Positions 1 to 9,143 of a stretch of 64,000 nucleotides of DNA are shown here, piece after piece (the stretch's first letter is position 1; each line of letters starts with the position of its first letter). The position numbers and the translations under genes are program-made. The stretch is from NCBI GenBank assembly GCA_023038255.1, contig CP082927.1, positions 18,436 through 82,435 on the forward strand, written 5' to 3'. The notes beneath the pieces are model-generated. The model was not told the origin of the DNA and did not search any database. It saw nothing but the letters and a program-made list of their open reading frames with translations. This DNA is from Candidatus Peribacteria bacterium (GTDB lineage Bacteria > Patescibacteriota > Gracilibacteria > Peribacterales > Peribacteraceae).

Positions 1-1
1 A

Positions 2-871
2 GCCGATGCGGATCTGATTTTGAAGATGGCGGCGGAGATGGACAGTGTACTCTTGAAAGGCGGAGATGATCGTCTGAAAGGAAAAATTCTCGCCTCACTC
101 TTTTACGAGCCGTCCACACGCACGCGCCTGAGCTTCGAATCCGCCATGCTGCGTCTGGGTGGGAACGTCATTACGGCGGACGGTTTACAGTTCTCCTCGA
201 TGTACAAAGGCGAGACGATTGAAGACACGATCATGATGGCCAGCGGCTACAGCGATATTATTGCCATGCGCCACCCGGAACAGGGATCTGCGGACAAAGC
301 GGCTGCCGCGAGTCTGGTGCCGTTCATCAATGCAGGAGATGGCCCCGGTCAGCACCCGACACAGGCACTGCTCGATCTCTACACCATCCAGAAAGAGCGC
401 GGCACGGTCGATGGCCTGCATGTCGCGATGGTCGGTGATCTCCTCTACGGACGCACCGTTCATTCCCTTTGCTATCTGCTTGGCCTCTACAACGATATCC
501 GCTTCACCTTCATTGCGCCCGAGCAGCTCCCGATGCCAGAAAAAGTGACAAGCTACCTGAAGGAAAAGGGAATCGCCTACATCGAAACAACCGATCTGGC
601 AGCCGGTCTCGATGCAGACATTCTCTACATGACCCGCGTCCAGAAAGAGCGCTTCGAGAACATCGACGAATATGAATCGCTCAAGCTGAAGTACGTGCTC
701 ACCGCCAATCAGCTCACAGGGAAAAATGTGACCGTCATGCACCCGCTTCCCCGAGTCGGAGAGATTGCCACAGATGTCGATGCGCTTCCGACTGCCGCAT
801 ACTTCCGCCAGGCAAGAAACGGTGTGCCGGTCCGCATGGCGCTCCTTTCGCTTCTGTTGGGAGCGGACTAA
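2..871 (+). CDS. pyrB: aspartate carbamoyltransferase catalytic subunit, 5' end cut by window edge
   Basis: Frame of ORF 20..871 stays open back to base 2. Motifs STRTRLSFE, HPTQALLD, HPLPR. Confidence 0.9.
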   Translation, partial: ADADLILKMAAEMDSVLLKGGDDRLKGKILASLFYEPSTRTRLSFESAMLRLGGNVITADGLQFSSMYKGETIEDTIMMASGYSDIIAMRHPEQGSADKAAAASLVPFINAGDGPGQHPTQALLDLYTIQKERGTVDGLHVAMVGDLLYGRTVHSLCYLLGLYNDIRFTFIAPEQLPMPEKVTSYLKEKGIAYIETTDLAAGLDADILYMTRVQKERFENIDEYESLKLKYVLTANQLTGKNVTVMHPLPRVGEIATDVDALPTAAYFRQARNGVPVRMALLSLLLGAD

Positions 872-888
872 GTCGCTGATACCATGCG

Positions 889-2418
889 GTGGTGCCCGCT
901 TTTTTGACGCGCATCATCAGCATATCGTCGCCTGCTTTTCCGGTTGTGCTTATTCTGCCACTCGCGGTCGTCTATTTTGCCTGCTTTCAGTCACAGCTTT
1001 CCCAGAAAAATACCGCTTACTTTGGTGGTGACACCTGGGAATATCAGTCGATGGCGGTGAATTTTGCGTATGGTCATGGCGTAAATACGTTTGGCGGCGT
1101 GGAGCCGTTTGAGACGTATCAATTCGGGAGCATGGAATGGAATGCGGCTGATACGGGGATGAGTAATGCGACATATCTGGATCAGAAGAGGCGCTTTACG
1201 GTTGATGGACGCGGAGATGGATCAATGAATACGTTTCGCATGCCGCTCTACACTGTTTTCCTGGGGGTGATCTATGCAGTCGCAGGTGTGCATCCGCTCA
1301 TTGCCAAGAGTATCCAGCTACTGCTTTTGACACTTGTAGCGGGAGGATTGCCCTTACTCGGTTCCCTCTGGTGGAAGAAAAAGGGAATGATCGCAGGCCT
1401 TCTTGCCGGTGCGCCATCCGTCGCCGCAACGGTACGATTTGCCGATGTGATTTTGGTCGAGTCACTCGCAATCGCTGTGCTCTTTCTGTGTGTGCTAGGC
1501 GGTGTATGGTACGAGAGGCGCCCGGGTGCCGGTCGCGCGGCGCTGCTCGGAGCCTTACTCGGTTTGTGTCTGCTCACAAAATTATCGCTCATTCTGCTGC
1601 CATTTCTTTTGTTTTTCCTGATCTGGTGGCGCCACCCGCGGCACTATGCTCACTACATCCGCGACATGCTGCTCATCGTCAGCATTGCACTCATTACCGT
1701 CTTGCCTTGGTCGATCTACGCCAGCGTCCGCTCACACACATTTGTCATCTTTTCGACGGAATCCCACAATCAGGGATTATTCGATGCGCATAACGAATAC
1801 ACAGCGATTGATGGAGAGTGGCATCCGGAATGGGAAACAGATCCGCAGAGCGCGTATAACACTGATGGGATGGAGGAGTATGCAGACGGTGTACGTATTG
1901 CACATTTCTATCTCCAACACCCGACCCGCATGATCCGTCTGCCGCTCAGTAAAATGGTCGCTGCCTTTACGGTCGTTCCGTCTATCGTCCTTCTTGTTGT
2001 TTTTCTGATGCTGGAAGGACTCATGGGATCGCTTCTCACTCGTAGATCTGTTCGATTGGCCGCACTCGTCTTCGGCCTGAGTGTATGGTGGATGCTGATG
2101 GATGACAGAATGCTGTATGCAACACTGATGCCGCTTGTGAATACGCCGTATCTGTGGGGATTGCTTCCGGGGGTGACTGCCATCATCGCACTACTGCTCC
2201 GTCGCGTTTACATGCCATCATTCCCGCCCATCCCGCTGATGGTGACCGCAGTTGCGCTCAACTTTGTCCTGATGATGATTCTCGTCATGTCAGATTCAGC
2301 CATCTACATGAGTCGCCATGTGAAGGTGGCGGAATTTTTGTGGATACTGCTTGCGGCCCTTATGCTCGTGCACTGGATTGCCGCGCTCATCACACCTTCT
2401 CTGCAGACCCATGACTAA
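889..2418 (+). CDS. polytopic membrane protein, GT-C (ArnT/PMT-like) glycosyltransferase candidate
   Basis: 509-aa ORF with GTG start, many hydrophobic helices and an early loop GGDTWEY. Sits beside other glycosylation genes. Family assignment is tentative. Confidence 0.5.
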   Translation: MVPAFLTRIISISSPAFPVVLILPLAVVYFACFQSQLSQKNTAYFGGDTWEYQSMAVNFAYGHGVNTFGGVEPFETYQFGSMEWNAADTGMSNATYLDQKRRFTVDGRGDGSMNTFRMPLYTVFLGVIYAVAGVHPLIAKSIQLLLLTLVAGGLPLLGSLWWKKKGMIAGLLAGAPSVAATVRFADVILVESLAIAVLFLCVLGGVWYERRPGAGRAALLGALLGLCLLTKLSLILLPFLLFFLIWWRHPRHYAHYIRDMLLIVSIALITVLPWSIYASVRSHTFVIFSTESHNQGLFDAHNEYTAIDGEWHPEWETDPQSAYNTDGMEEYADGVRIAHFYLQHPTRMIRLPLSKMVAAFTVVPSIVLLVVFLMLEGLMGSLLTRRSVRLAALVFGLSVWWMLMDDRMLYATLMPLVNTPYLWGLLPGVTAIIALLLRRVYMPSFPPIPLMVTAVALNFVLMMILVMSDSAIYMSRHVKVAEFLWILLAALMLVHWIAALITPSLQTHD

Positions 2419-3415
2419 GTCCATAGACGCATCGCAGGTTTCCATCATCATTCTGTACTGGAATGGATATGACGATACGCGCGCAACGATCCAGTCATTG
2501 CTGCACTGCACACCGACTGCTGCGGAGATTGTCGTCTGCGACAACGGGTCCGACATCAATGGCGCTGCTTTGTTTAGCAAAGAATTCGGTGATACCATCC
2601 GGTGTGTTCGCTTTCCGGAAAACTACGGAGTGACAGGAGGATTCAACGCAGCAATCAGTCAGGCAGATCGTCCATTTGTTGTGATACTGGACGATGATAC
2701 AGAGGTGACAGAAGGATGGCTGGAGGCATTACTGGCAGCCATGGAAGATCCGCAGGTTGCAGCCTGCCAGCCCAAATTCCGCTCGCTGCGCGATCCTGCA
2801 TTTTTTGATTACAACGGCAGCTCTGGAGGATATCTCGACCGGTTTGGCTACCCGTTCACGCGCGGACGCATCATCCATACTGTGGAGAAAGACAGGGGTC
2901 AGTATGACACGCTCTGTGACATTCACTGGACCAGTGGCGCATGCATGATGTTTCGCAGAGCATTATGGGACAAGCACGGTCCGTTTGTGCATTTCCATGA
3001 AGTGGATCTGTGCTGGCGTTGGCGCAATGATGGCTATCGGATTGTATCCGTTCCATCATCTGTCGTGCGGCACAAAGGGGCACCTCTGCGTTCGTATGCT
3101 CCACAGCGCCTCTCTACGTATCACCGCAACAATCTACTCACCATCCTCTCGCTAAGTTCCCCGTTACAACTCATCACAGTTCTCCTTCCGCGCCTCTGCC
3201 TGGAGTGGGTGACGATTGTCTATTATCTCTGCACTGGACACATTGCCGCCGCGTGGGCTGTCTGCCGCGCATTTTTCTCATTCCTCATTCACGTACCGCA
3301 GACCGTCATCCATCGCCCGCGGGCAAAACGCTACGCACCACTTTTCCCCCGCAGCATCGTCTGGGCCTATTTTATCCGTCGCCGCAGAACATTCAGTGAA
3401 CTTCTCTCGCGCTAA
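2411..3415 (+). CDS. family 2 glycosyltransferase
   Basis: SIIILYWNG, VVCDNGS and ILDDDTEV (DXD) motifs. ATG 2411 overlaps the upstream stop (ATGA). Hydrophobic C-terminus. Confidence 0.8.
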   Translation: MTKSIDASQVSIIILYWNGYDDTRATIQSLLHCTPTAAEIVVCDNGSDINGAALFSKEFGDTIRCVRFPENYGVTGGFNAAISQADRPFVVILDDDTEVTEGWLEALLAAMEDPQVAACQPKFRSLRDPAFFDYNGSSGGYLDRFGYPFTRGRIIHTVEKDRGQYDTLCDIHWTSGACMMFRRALWDKHGPFVHFHEVDLCWRWRNDGYRIVSVPSSVVRHKGAPLRSYAPQRLSTYHRNNLLTILSLSSPLQLITVLLPRLCLEWVTIVYYLCTGHIAAAWAVCRAFFSFLIHVPQTVIHRPRAKRYAPLFPRSIVWAYFIRRRRTFSELLSR

Positions 3416-3474
3416 ACAATTGCCGAACGAATTGGGACATTGTACGGTGACTACCTTGTTTCTTTCTGTGCCGT

Positions 3475-4812
3475 ATGACACATGAATCGCTCAGGTCAGA
3501 GATTCTCCAGCTGGTGGAACGGTACAGTGTAGAACGATGGCCGGCGCAGACATTCCGGCCGGGCGTAGACCTTATCCGTATCGCAGAAACGATATTTGAT
3601 GCACAAGAAATATCTGCTCTCACAAACATTGCACTCGATTTCGCACTGGTCACCGGTGAGCAGACAGATCGTCTGGAAGCCGCACTCGCACAGTACATCG
3701 GCGTGAAGCATGCGATGCTCACCAATTCCGGATCATCCGCCAATCTCCTCGCTATTACAGCCCTGATGTCCCCGCTCCTGCGCGATCGACGTGTACAGCC
3801 CGGAGATGAGGTCATCACTGCAGCGGCCTGCTTCCCCACCACTGTAAATCCGATTGTGCAGAACGGACTGATTCCTGTGTTTGTGGACAGTGCTTTCCCC
3901 AGCTGCAACATCGACGTCGGCGCTATCGAGCGTGCCATCACACCGCGGACAAAAGCTGTCATTTTCGCACACACCCTCGGTAATCCTGCCGATCTCGACG
4001 CACTCGTTGCGCTGACGGAAAAGCATCACCTCTGGCTGATTGAAGACAACTGTGACGCACTCGGCAGTCTGTACAAAGGCAAAAAGACCGGATCATTCGG
4101 GCATCTATCGACCGTCAGCTTTTATCCTGCGCACCACATGACAACAGGCGAAGGTGGCGCTGTGTTTACGGATGATCCGCTCCTCAAAAAAATTGTGGAG
4201 TCCGTGCGCGATTGGGGCCGCGACTGCTGGTGCAAGCCGGGCAAAGAAAATACCTGCGGCATGCGCTTTGGCTGGCAGTGGAAGCATCTGCCGGAAGGAT
4301 ATGATCACAAGTACACCTACAGCCACATTGGCTATAACCTCCGGATGACCGATATGCAGGCGGCCATCGGCCTTGCCCAAATGCAGAAGCTGCCATCATT
4401 TGTAGAGAAACGAAAACAGAACGCCATCTCGCTCCGCGAAAAAATCCAGGATCTCGAAGAATTCTTTATTCTTCCAACTCCGCTCGATGGCGCAGAGCCC
4501 AGCTGGTTTGGGTTCCCGCTCACCGTTCGCGACCCTGCCCGTCTCGATCGCGTTCGTGTGACCGCCGCTCTCGAAAAATCACTGATTGCCACGCGCCCGC
4601 TCTTTGCCGGAAACATCATCCATCAGCCCGCGTATCAACATGTCCAGTATCGCGTTGCAGACACGCTAGAAACCGCCGACCGCATTATGCGCGACACATT
4701 CTGGGTCGGGATTCATCCGGGTCTTACAGAGGCACATCTATCGTACATGGCCGGGCAGCTGCACCAGATCTGCCGGCAATCGCATTCGGTGATTCCCTTG
4801 GACACAGAATAG
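3475..4812 (+). CDS. DegT/DnrJ/EryC1-family enzyme, RfbH/DdhC-like sugar 3-dehydrase
   Basis: 445 aa. DNCDALGS and a Cys-rich insert CWCKPGKENTCG, as in RfbH-type CDP-4-keto-6-deoxyglucose 3-dehydrases. Confidence 0.75.
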   Translation: MTHESLRSEILQLVERYSVERWPAQTFRPGVDLIRIAETIFDAQEISALTNIALDFALVTGEQTDRLEAALAQYIGVKHAMLTNSGSSANLLAITALMSPLLRDRRVQPGDEVITAAACFPTTVNPIVQNGLIPVFVDSAFPSCNIDVGAIERAITPRTKAVIFAHTLGNPADLDALVALTEKHHLWLIEDNCDALGSLYKGKKTGSFGHLSTVSFYPAHHMTTGEGGAVFTDDPLLKKIVESVRDWGRDCWCKPGKENTCGMRFGWQWKHLPEGYDHKYTYSHIGYNLRMTDMQAAIGLAQMQKLPSFVEKRKQNAISLREKIQDLEEFFILPTPLDGAEPSWFGFPLTVRDPARLDRVRVTAALEKSLIATRPLFAGNIIHQPAYQHVQYRVADTLETADRIMRDTFWVGIHPGLTEAHLSYMAGQLHQICRQSHSVIPLDTE

Positions 4813-4820
4813 TGTCTTTC

Positions 4821-4829
4821 TGCTACTAT
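4821..4829 (+). promoter_or_regulatory. extended -10 box TGCTACTAT, 7 nt upstream of the pyrC ATG
   Basis: TGn + TACTAT at 4821-4829; ATG at 4837; no Shine-Dalgarno sequence in between. Confidence 0.45.
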
Positions 4830-4836
4830 TAAACCA

Positions 4837-6159
4837 ATGACGCGCACCCTCCTCCACGGCGGCACCATCATCAGCGATGGCATTGAATCAAAAGACGATG
4901 TGCTGATCGAACACGGGAAAGTATTGGAGATCGCCCGCTACATTGAAGACGCCGACGAAACTATCGACGTAACCGGGAAAATCCTCACGCCCGGCTTCAT
5001 TGATTGCCACGTCCATTTCCGCGAGCCGGGACTGGAACACAAAGCAACCATGAAAACGGAAGCCGCCTCTGCAGTCGCAGGTGGTGTCACCACGGTGTGT
5101 GAAATGCCGAATACCATTCCCCCGACCAATACCGCTGCTGCGCTTGCGGATAAAATCCGCCGTGCCGCAGAGATTAAAGACTGCGATCTGCATTTTTTCT
5201 TCGGCATCACGGAAGATGCACACCTGGCAACACTCATCGAACTGATGAGTTCCAGCGCAGAAGAATCCATCAGACTGCGCAACCGTCTTGCGGGTGTGAA
5301 AATCTACCTCGACCATTCCACCGGAGATCAGAAAATTGCCGATGCACTCCTCGACGGAGTCTTTGCTGCCTGTGCCGCACATGACCTGACGCTCGTTGCA
5401 CATTGCGAAGATCCCGCCACCAATGCGCAGGCCGCTCTCCAGAACACACGTACAAACATTGCTGCGCACTCTCTGGTTCGCCCGGCGCAAAGCGAAGTCA
5501 TCGCCATTGAACGCGCGATTGAACTCGCACAGGATCACGACACGCGGCTGCATATCGCTCATCTCTCGACTGAAGGCGGCATCAATGCTGTGCGTGATGC
5601 GAAACTCGAAGGCATCAACGTGACCTGCGAAGTTGCCCCGCATCATCTCTTCCTCACGACAGACGACTACGAACGTCTGGGAACGCTTGGCAAAATGAAT
5701 CCGCCTCTGCGCTCCCAAAAGCACCGCTTCGCGCTCTGGCAGGGAATCATCGACGGCATTGTCGACTGTATCTCGACCGATCATGCCCCGCATACACTCG
5801 AAGAAAAGCAGGCAGGCGAACCGCTCAAAGCGCCATCCGGAGTGCCGGGTGTCGAAACCATGATCCCCCTCCTCCTTTCCGTTGCTGCGAAACACTGGCC
5901 GAATCCGGGAGAGCAGAACGCAGCGTGTCCGAAGCTCAGCATCAACGATATTGTCCGTCTTTGTTTTGAGAACCCGAATCGCATTTTCAAGCTCGGAAAA
6001 CAGAGCATCGCGAAAGAGCATACGGCGGATATTGTCGTCATCAACCCGGAAGCAGAGTGGACCATCGATGCGAAAAAGCTGCATAGCCTTTGCGGCTGGA
6101 GTCCGTTTGATGGGTGGACCGTGAAAGGGCGGATTGATCGTGTGCTGAGTGCCCGTTAA
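4837..6159 (+). CDS. pyrC: dihydroorotase
   Basis: GFIDCHVHFREPG metal-binding motif, 440 aa, amidohydrolase-type sequence throughout. Confidence 0.9.
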   Translation: MTRTLLHGGTIISDGIESKDDVLIEHGKVLEIARYIEDADETIDVTGKILTPGFIDCHVHFREPGLEHKATMKTEAASAVAGGVTTVCEMPNTIPPTNTAAALADKIRRAAEIKDCDLHFFFGITEDAHLATLIELMSSSAEESIRLRNRLAGVKIYLDHSTGDQKIADALLDGVFAACAAHDLTLVAHCEDPATNAQAALQNTRTNIAAHSLVRPAQSEVIAIERAIELAQDHDTRLHIAHLSTEGGINAVRDAKLEGINVTCEVAPHHLFLTTDDYERLGTLGKMNPPLRSQKHRFALWQGIIDGIVDCISTDHAPHTLEEKQAGEPLKAPSGVPGVETMIPLLLSVAAKHWPNPGEQNAACPKLSINDIVRLCFENPNRIFKLGKQSIAKEHTADIVVINPEAEWTIDAKKLHSLCGWSPFDGWTVKGRIDRVLSAR

Positions 6160-6794
6160 TTGATTGTCTTCAGTACATCGCTGATATGTGTGATTTCGTA
6201 ATCCGCAGGCTCTCCTGAGTAATGCGTATGCGGGCCACGGACCAGGCAGCTTTTCATCTTTGCTCTTTGTGCAGCCATCACGTCAAACCCCTGATCGCCG
6301 ATGAACAGGCACTGTTCGGGTTGTACACCAAACAGCCGGGCAACCATCAGGAGTCCAGCCGGATCGGGCTTCCCTTTTTCAATACCGGGCGTGGTGGTTG
6401 TAATAATCAGATCAGTCTTGTTGCGAACGCCCAGTCTGACGTTGGCTGCATCTACAAAGCCGTCTGTGGAATTCGTGACAATGGCAATCTTTTCGCGGGC
6501 CTTGCGCTGTCTTGCAAGAATCTCCTCGGCTGATTCTAGCCACTCTGCATTTTCCTGCAGCCACTCAATGTGGTGCGTGTCACGGATCCGCCGGAATTCA
6601 TCGATATCCTCCTGCGGGAGATTCATGTCTTTCAAAAGGTCCCGCAAACGGACGCCCTGGCCATTCAGCTCACCGAAGTCTTTGGGGAAAGGGAGGGCAA
6701 ATTCTTCAAAAGCCAATTTGGTAGCACGGACGTGCGACTCGTTTGAGTCTGTAAGAGTGCCGTCCAGATCATAAATGCGGAGAAGTCCGTTCAT
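6156..6794 (-). CDS. HAD-superfamily hydrolase (phosphatase)
   Basis: HAD motifs DLDGTLTDS, VTNS and GDQGFD. Confidence 0.8.
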   Translation of the reverse strand: MNGLLRIYDLDGTLTDSNESHVRATKLAFEEFALPFPKDFGELNGQGVRLRDLLKDMNLPQEDIDEFRRIRDTHHIEWLQENAEWLESAEEILARQRKAREKIAIVTNSTDGFVDAANVRLGVRNKTDLIITTTTPGIEKGKPDPAGLLMVARLFGVQPEQCLFIGDQGFDVMAAQRAKMKSCLVRGPHTHYSGEPADYEITHISDVLKTIN

Positions 6795-6840
6795 GGGCCG
6801 GATACAGTAAATGAGACTGTGGTTTTAGGAAAGGGTCTTA

Positions 6841-6868
6841 CAAAAAAGAGGCAGGATAACCCGCCTCT
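6841..6868 (-). terminator. intrinsic terminator downstream of rnj
   Basis: Stem AGAGGC/GCCTCT (6847-6852 / 6863-6868) followed by a U-run on the minus strand. The loop contains GGGTTAT. Confidence 0.5.
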
Positions 6869-6891
6869 CTTCTTTTGCATGAGCGTATTCT

Positions 6892-8829
6892 TTAGACCTC
6901 TACAAAGAGAGGGATAACCATCGGTTCGCGATCGAGCTTGCGGTCGAAGTACCGGTATAAGGCTCCCGTCACCGCACGTTTGAATTCTTTGCGGTCGGTA
7001 GTGCCTCGTCCGAGTTCTTCTTCGTAGGCTTTCTTTGCAGCGGCAATCACTTCGCTCATGATTTCCGTTTGTTCCGATCCGTAGATCAGACCGCGGGTAA
7101 TCACATCGGGGTCGCCGACGAGTCTCTTGCTTTCGGCATAGACTTTGAAGAGCACAATGATCGCACCGGCGCCGCTCATGACCTTGCGGTCTGTGAGAAC
7201 TTTCTGGCCTTCGCCGGCAGCACCGCGTCCGTCGATAATCACATCGCGGAACGGGGCTTTCTGCTTGCTCTTCCGGAGCGCTCCCCCGGTTTCAAATTCG
7301 AGGATTTCGCCGTTGGTGAGCAAGTGGATCTGGTTGTCCGGGTAGCCGATCTTGCGTGCGAGGTCCGCGTGCGCAGCGCGCATGTGCGGTTCGCCGTGTT
7401 CAGGAATCACGTGACGGGCGCGGACCAGGCGGTGCATCAGGAGGATGTCGTTCTGGTAGCCGTGACCGGTGGTGTGGAGTGCAAATTCGCTGTTGGTCTT
7501 CACGACTGCACCCTTGAGGTACAGATTGTTTACGACCTTCGCGACAGCGCGCTCGTTTCCCACAATCGGATTGGAGCTGAGGATCACCGTGTCGCCTTTC
7601 TTCACGTTGACTGCTCTGTGCGTCCCGAGTCCCATGCGGGCGAGGCCGGCCATTTCTTCACCCTGGCTTCCCGTGGTGATGATAATGACTTCGTCGTCGC
7701 GCAGCTTCTCCATGCCCGGGCTCGCTTTGCGGACGAGTCCGCGCGGCGCTTTCAGGTATCCGAGATTCATCGCGATTTCGACGTTGGTTTCCATGCTGCG
7801 GCCGGAAAGATAAATCTTGCGATTCGTTTCCTTGGCAACATCAATCACCTGCTGCACGCGGTTGAGGAGGCTACTGAAGGTGGAAATGATCACTCTTCCT
7901 TCGGCACCTGCAATGAGGTTCCGGATGGTATCCGCAATTTCGCTTTCACTCTTTGAGTTACCCGGCTTGGTGGCATTCGTGGAGTCTGCAATGATCGCGA
8001 GCACACCTTTCTGCCCGAGCTCGGAGAGTCTCTGGAAGTCTGCAGGCGGTTCGTTCATCGGCGTTAAGTCGAATTTGAAGTCTCCCGTGTGCAGGATGGT
8101 TCCGTACGGTGTGTGTACCGCAATGGCTGCGGAATCCGGAATGGAATGCGTGACGCGCAGGAATTCAACTTGCACTTTGCCAAACACAACCTTCTGTCCG
8201 TAGGGCACGACGTTGGAGTTGGCTTTGCTTGTAATGTTTTCTTCATCAAGACGCTTCTTCACAAACGCCATCGTCAGCTTTGTGCCGTACATGGGTGGGA
8301 AGTGGAGTTGCGGAAGGAGATGCTGCACTGCACCGATGTGGTCAAGGTGACCGTGTGTAAAGAGCACAGCCTTGATCCGGTTTTCGCGTCCCTTGAGGCA
8401 CGTGATGTCCGGAATGAGATAGTCGATACCGAGCATATCGTCATCCGGGAACTGAAGTCCCAGGTCGATAATAAAGATGTCTCCATCGACTTCGAGGACG
8501 AAACAGTTGCGTCCGACCTGCTCGAATCCTCCGAGAGGATAGAGCTTGAGTCCGCCGCGCTTACCGTCGACCTGCATTACGGGTTGCACTGCACCCTGTG
8601 TCTGTTCACGCTGAGCGGGGCGCTGACCCTGTTGCGGGCGCGGTCCACGCTGGCCGTGACGATTATGTTGCGGAGCGCGAGCTCCTGCCTGTGGTGTTCC
8701 AGCGGCATTCTTCTGAGGGCCAGTAGCCCCCTGCTGGGTAGGCTGCTGTCCGTTTTTGGGACGATCAGTGTTGGTCGCGCCCGGAGTCGCAGCATTGTAT
8801 CGCTGCAACCAATCTTTCACCGTTTTCAT
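6892..8829 (-). CDS. rnj: ribonuclease J
   Basis: HGHLDHIG metallo-beta-lactamase motif and RNase J-like C-terminal region. Start placed at ATG 8829 (MKTVKDW). First ~110 aa are Q/G/P/R-rich. Confidence 0.9.
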   Translation of the reverse strand: MKTVKDWLQRYNAATPGATNTDRPKNGQQPTQQGATGPQKNAAGTPQAGARAPQHNRHGQRGPRPQQGQRPAQREQTQGAVQPVMQVDGKRGGLKLYPLGGFEQVGRNCFVLEVDGDIFIIDLGLQFPDDDMLGIDYLIPDITCLKGRENRIKAVLFTHGHLDHIGAVQHLLPQLHFPPMYGTKLTMAFVKKRLDEENITSKANSNVVPYGQKVVFGKVQVEFLRVTHSIPDSAAIAVHTPYGTILHTGDFKFDLTPMNEPPADFQRLSELGQKGVLAIIADSTNATKPGNSKSESEIADTIRNLIAGAEGRVIISTFSSLLNRVQQVIDVAKETNRKIYLSGRSMETNVEIAMNLGYLKAPRGLVRKASPGMEKLRDDEVIIITTGSQGEEMAGLARMGLGTHRAVNVKKGDTVILSSNPIVGNERAVAKVVNNLYLKGAVVKTNSEFALHTTGHGYQNDILLMHRLVRARHVIPEHGEPHMRAAHADLARKIGYPDNQIHLLTNGEILEFETGGALRKSKQKAPFRDVIIDGRGAAGEGQKVLTDRKVMSGAGAIIVLFKVYAESKRLVGDPDVITRGLIYGSEQTEIMSEVIAAAKKAYEEELGRGTTDRKEFKRAVTGALYRYFDRKLDREPMVIPLFVEV

Positions 8830-9143
8830 AAAACGTTGGTATTGAAAATAGAAATGAACTGCTTTCAGCGTACACTCCCCTTGACGGGAAAGCAAGCTCA
8901 CTCTTGTTGCAGCATCGAGTTTTTGGCTTAAGATCAATGTTTTTTTATCAAGATTTTTTGTTCCTGTTAGAAAGTAGGAAGGAGATCAGTAGGTTGCAGA
9001 AACTTTTCAAAAAGAAATTCCATCAGCCCTGCTCCCTGTATCGCTCCTTATGTACAACCTACAACCCTTCCTTCAAAAGCAAATCAAAACACATACAAAT
9101 CAACGTGACGTCACCCACTATCCACGCTACCCTGTCCTACCGT

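Noticed and set aside
4888-6084. 398-aa ORF antisense to pyrC
   Set aside because: It lies entirely within a confidently identified dihydroorotase gene on the other strand and has no motifs. This is a typical shadow ORF in GC-rich coding DNA.
7069-8931. Plus-strand ORFs 7069..7956 and 8089..8931 opposite rnj
   Set aside because: They are shadow frames of the RNase J gene, with no recognisable domains.
8904-9143. 80-codon N-terminal extension of ORF 8904..11210
   Set aside because: The extension runs through the AT-rich divergent promoter region and overlaps the rnj ORF start. The first plausible start is ATG 9144.
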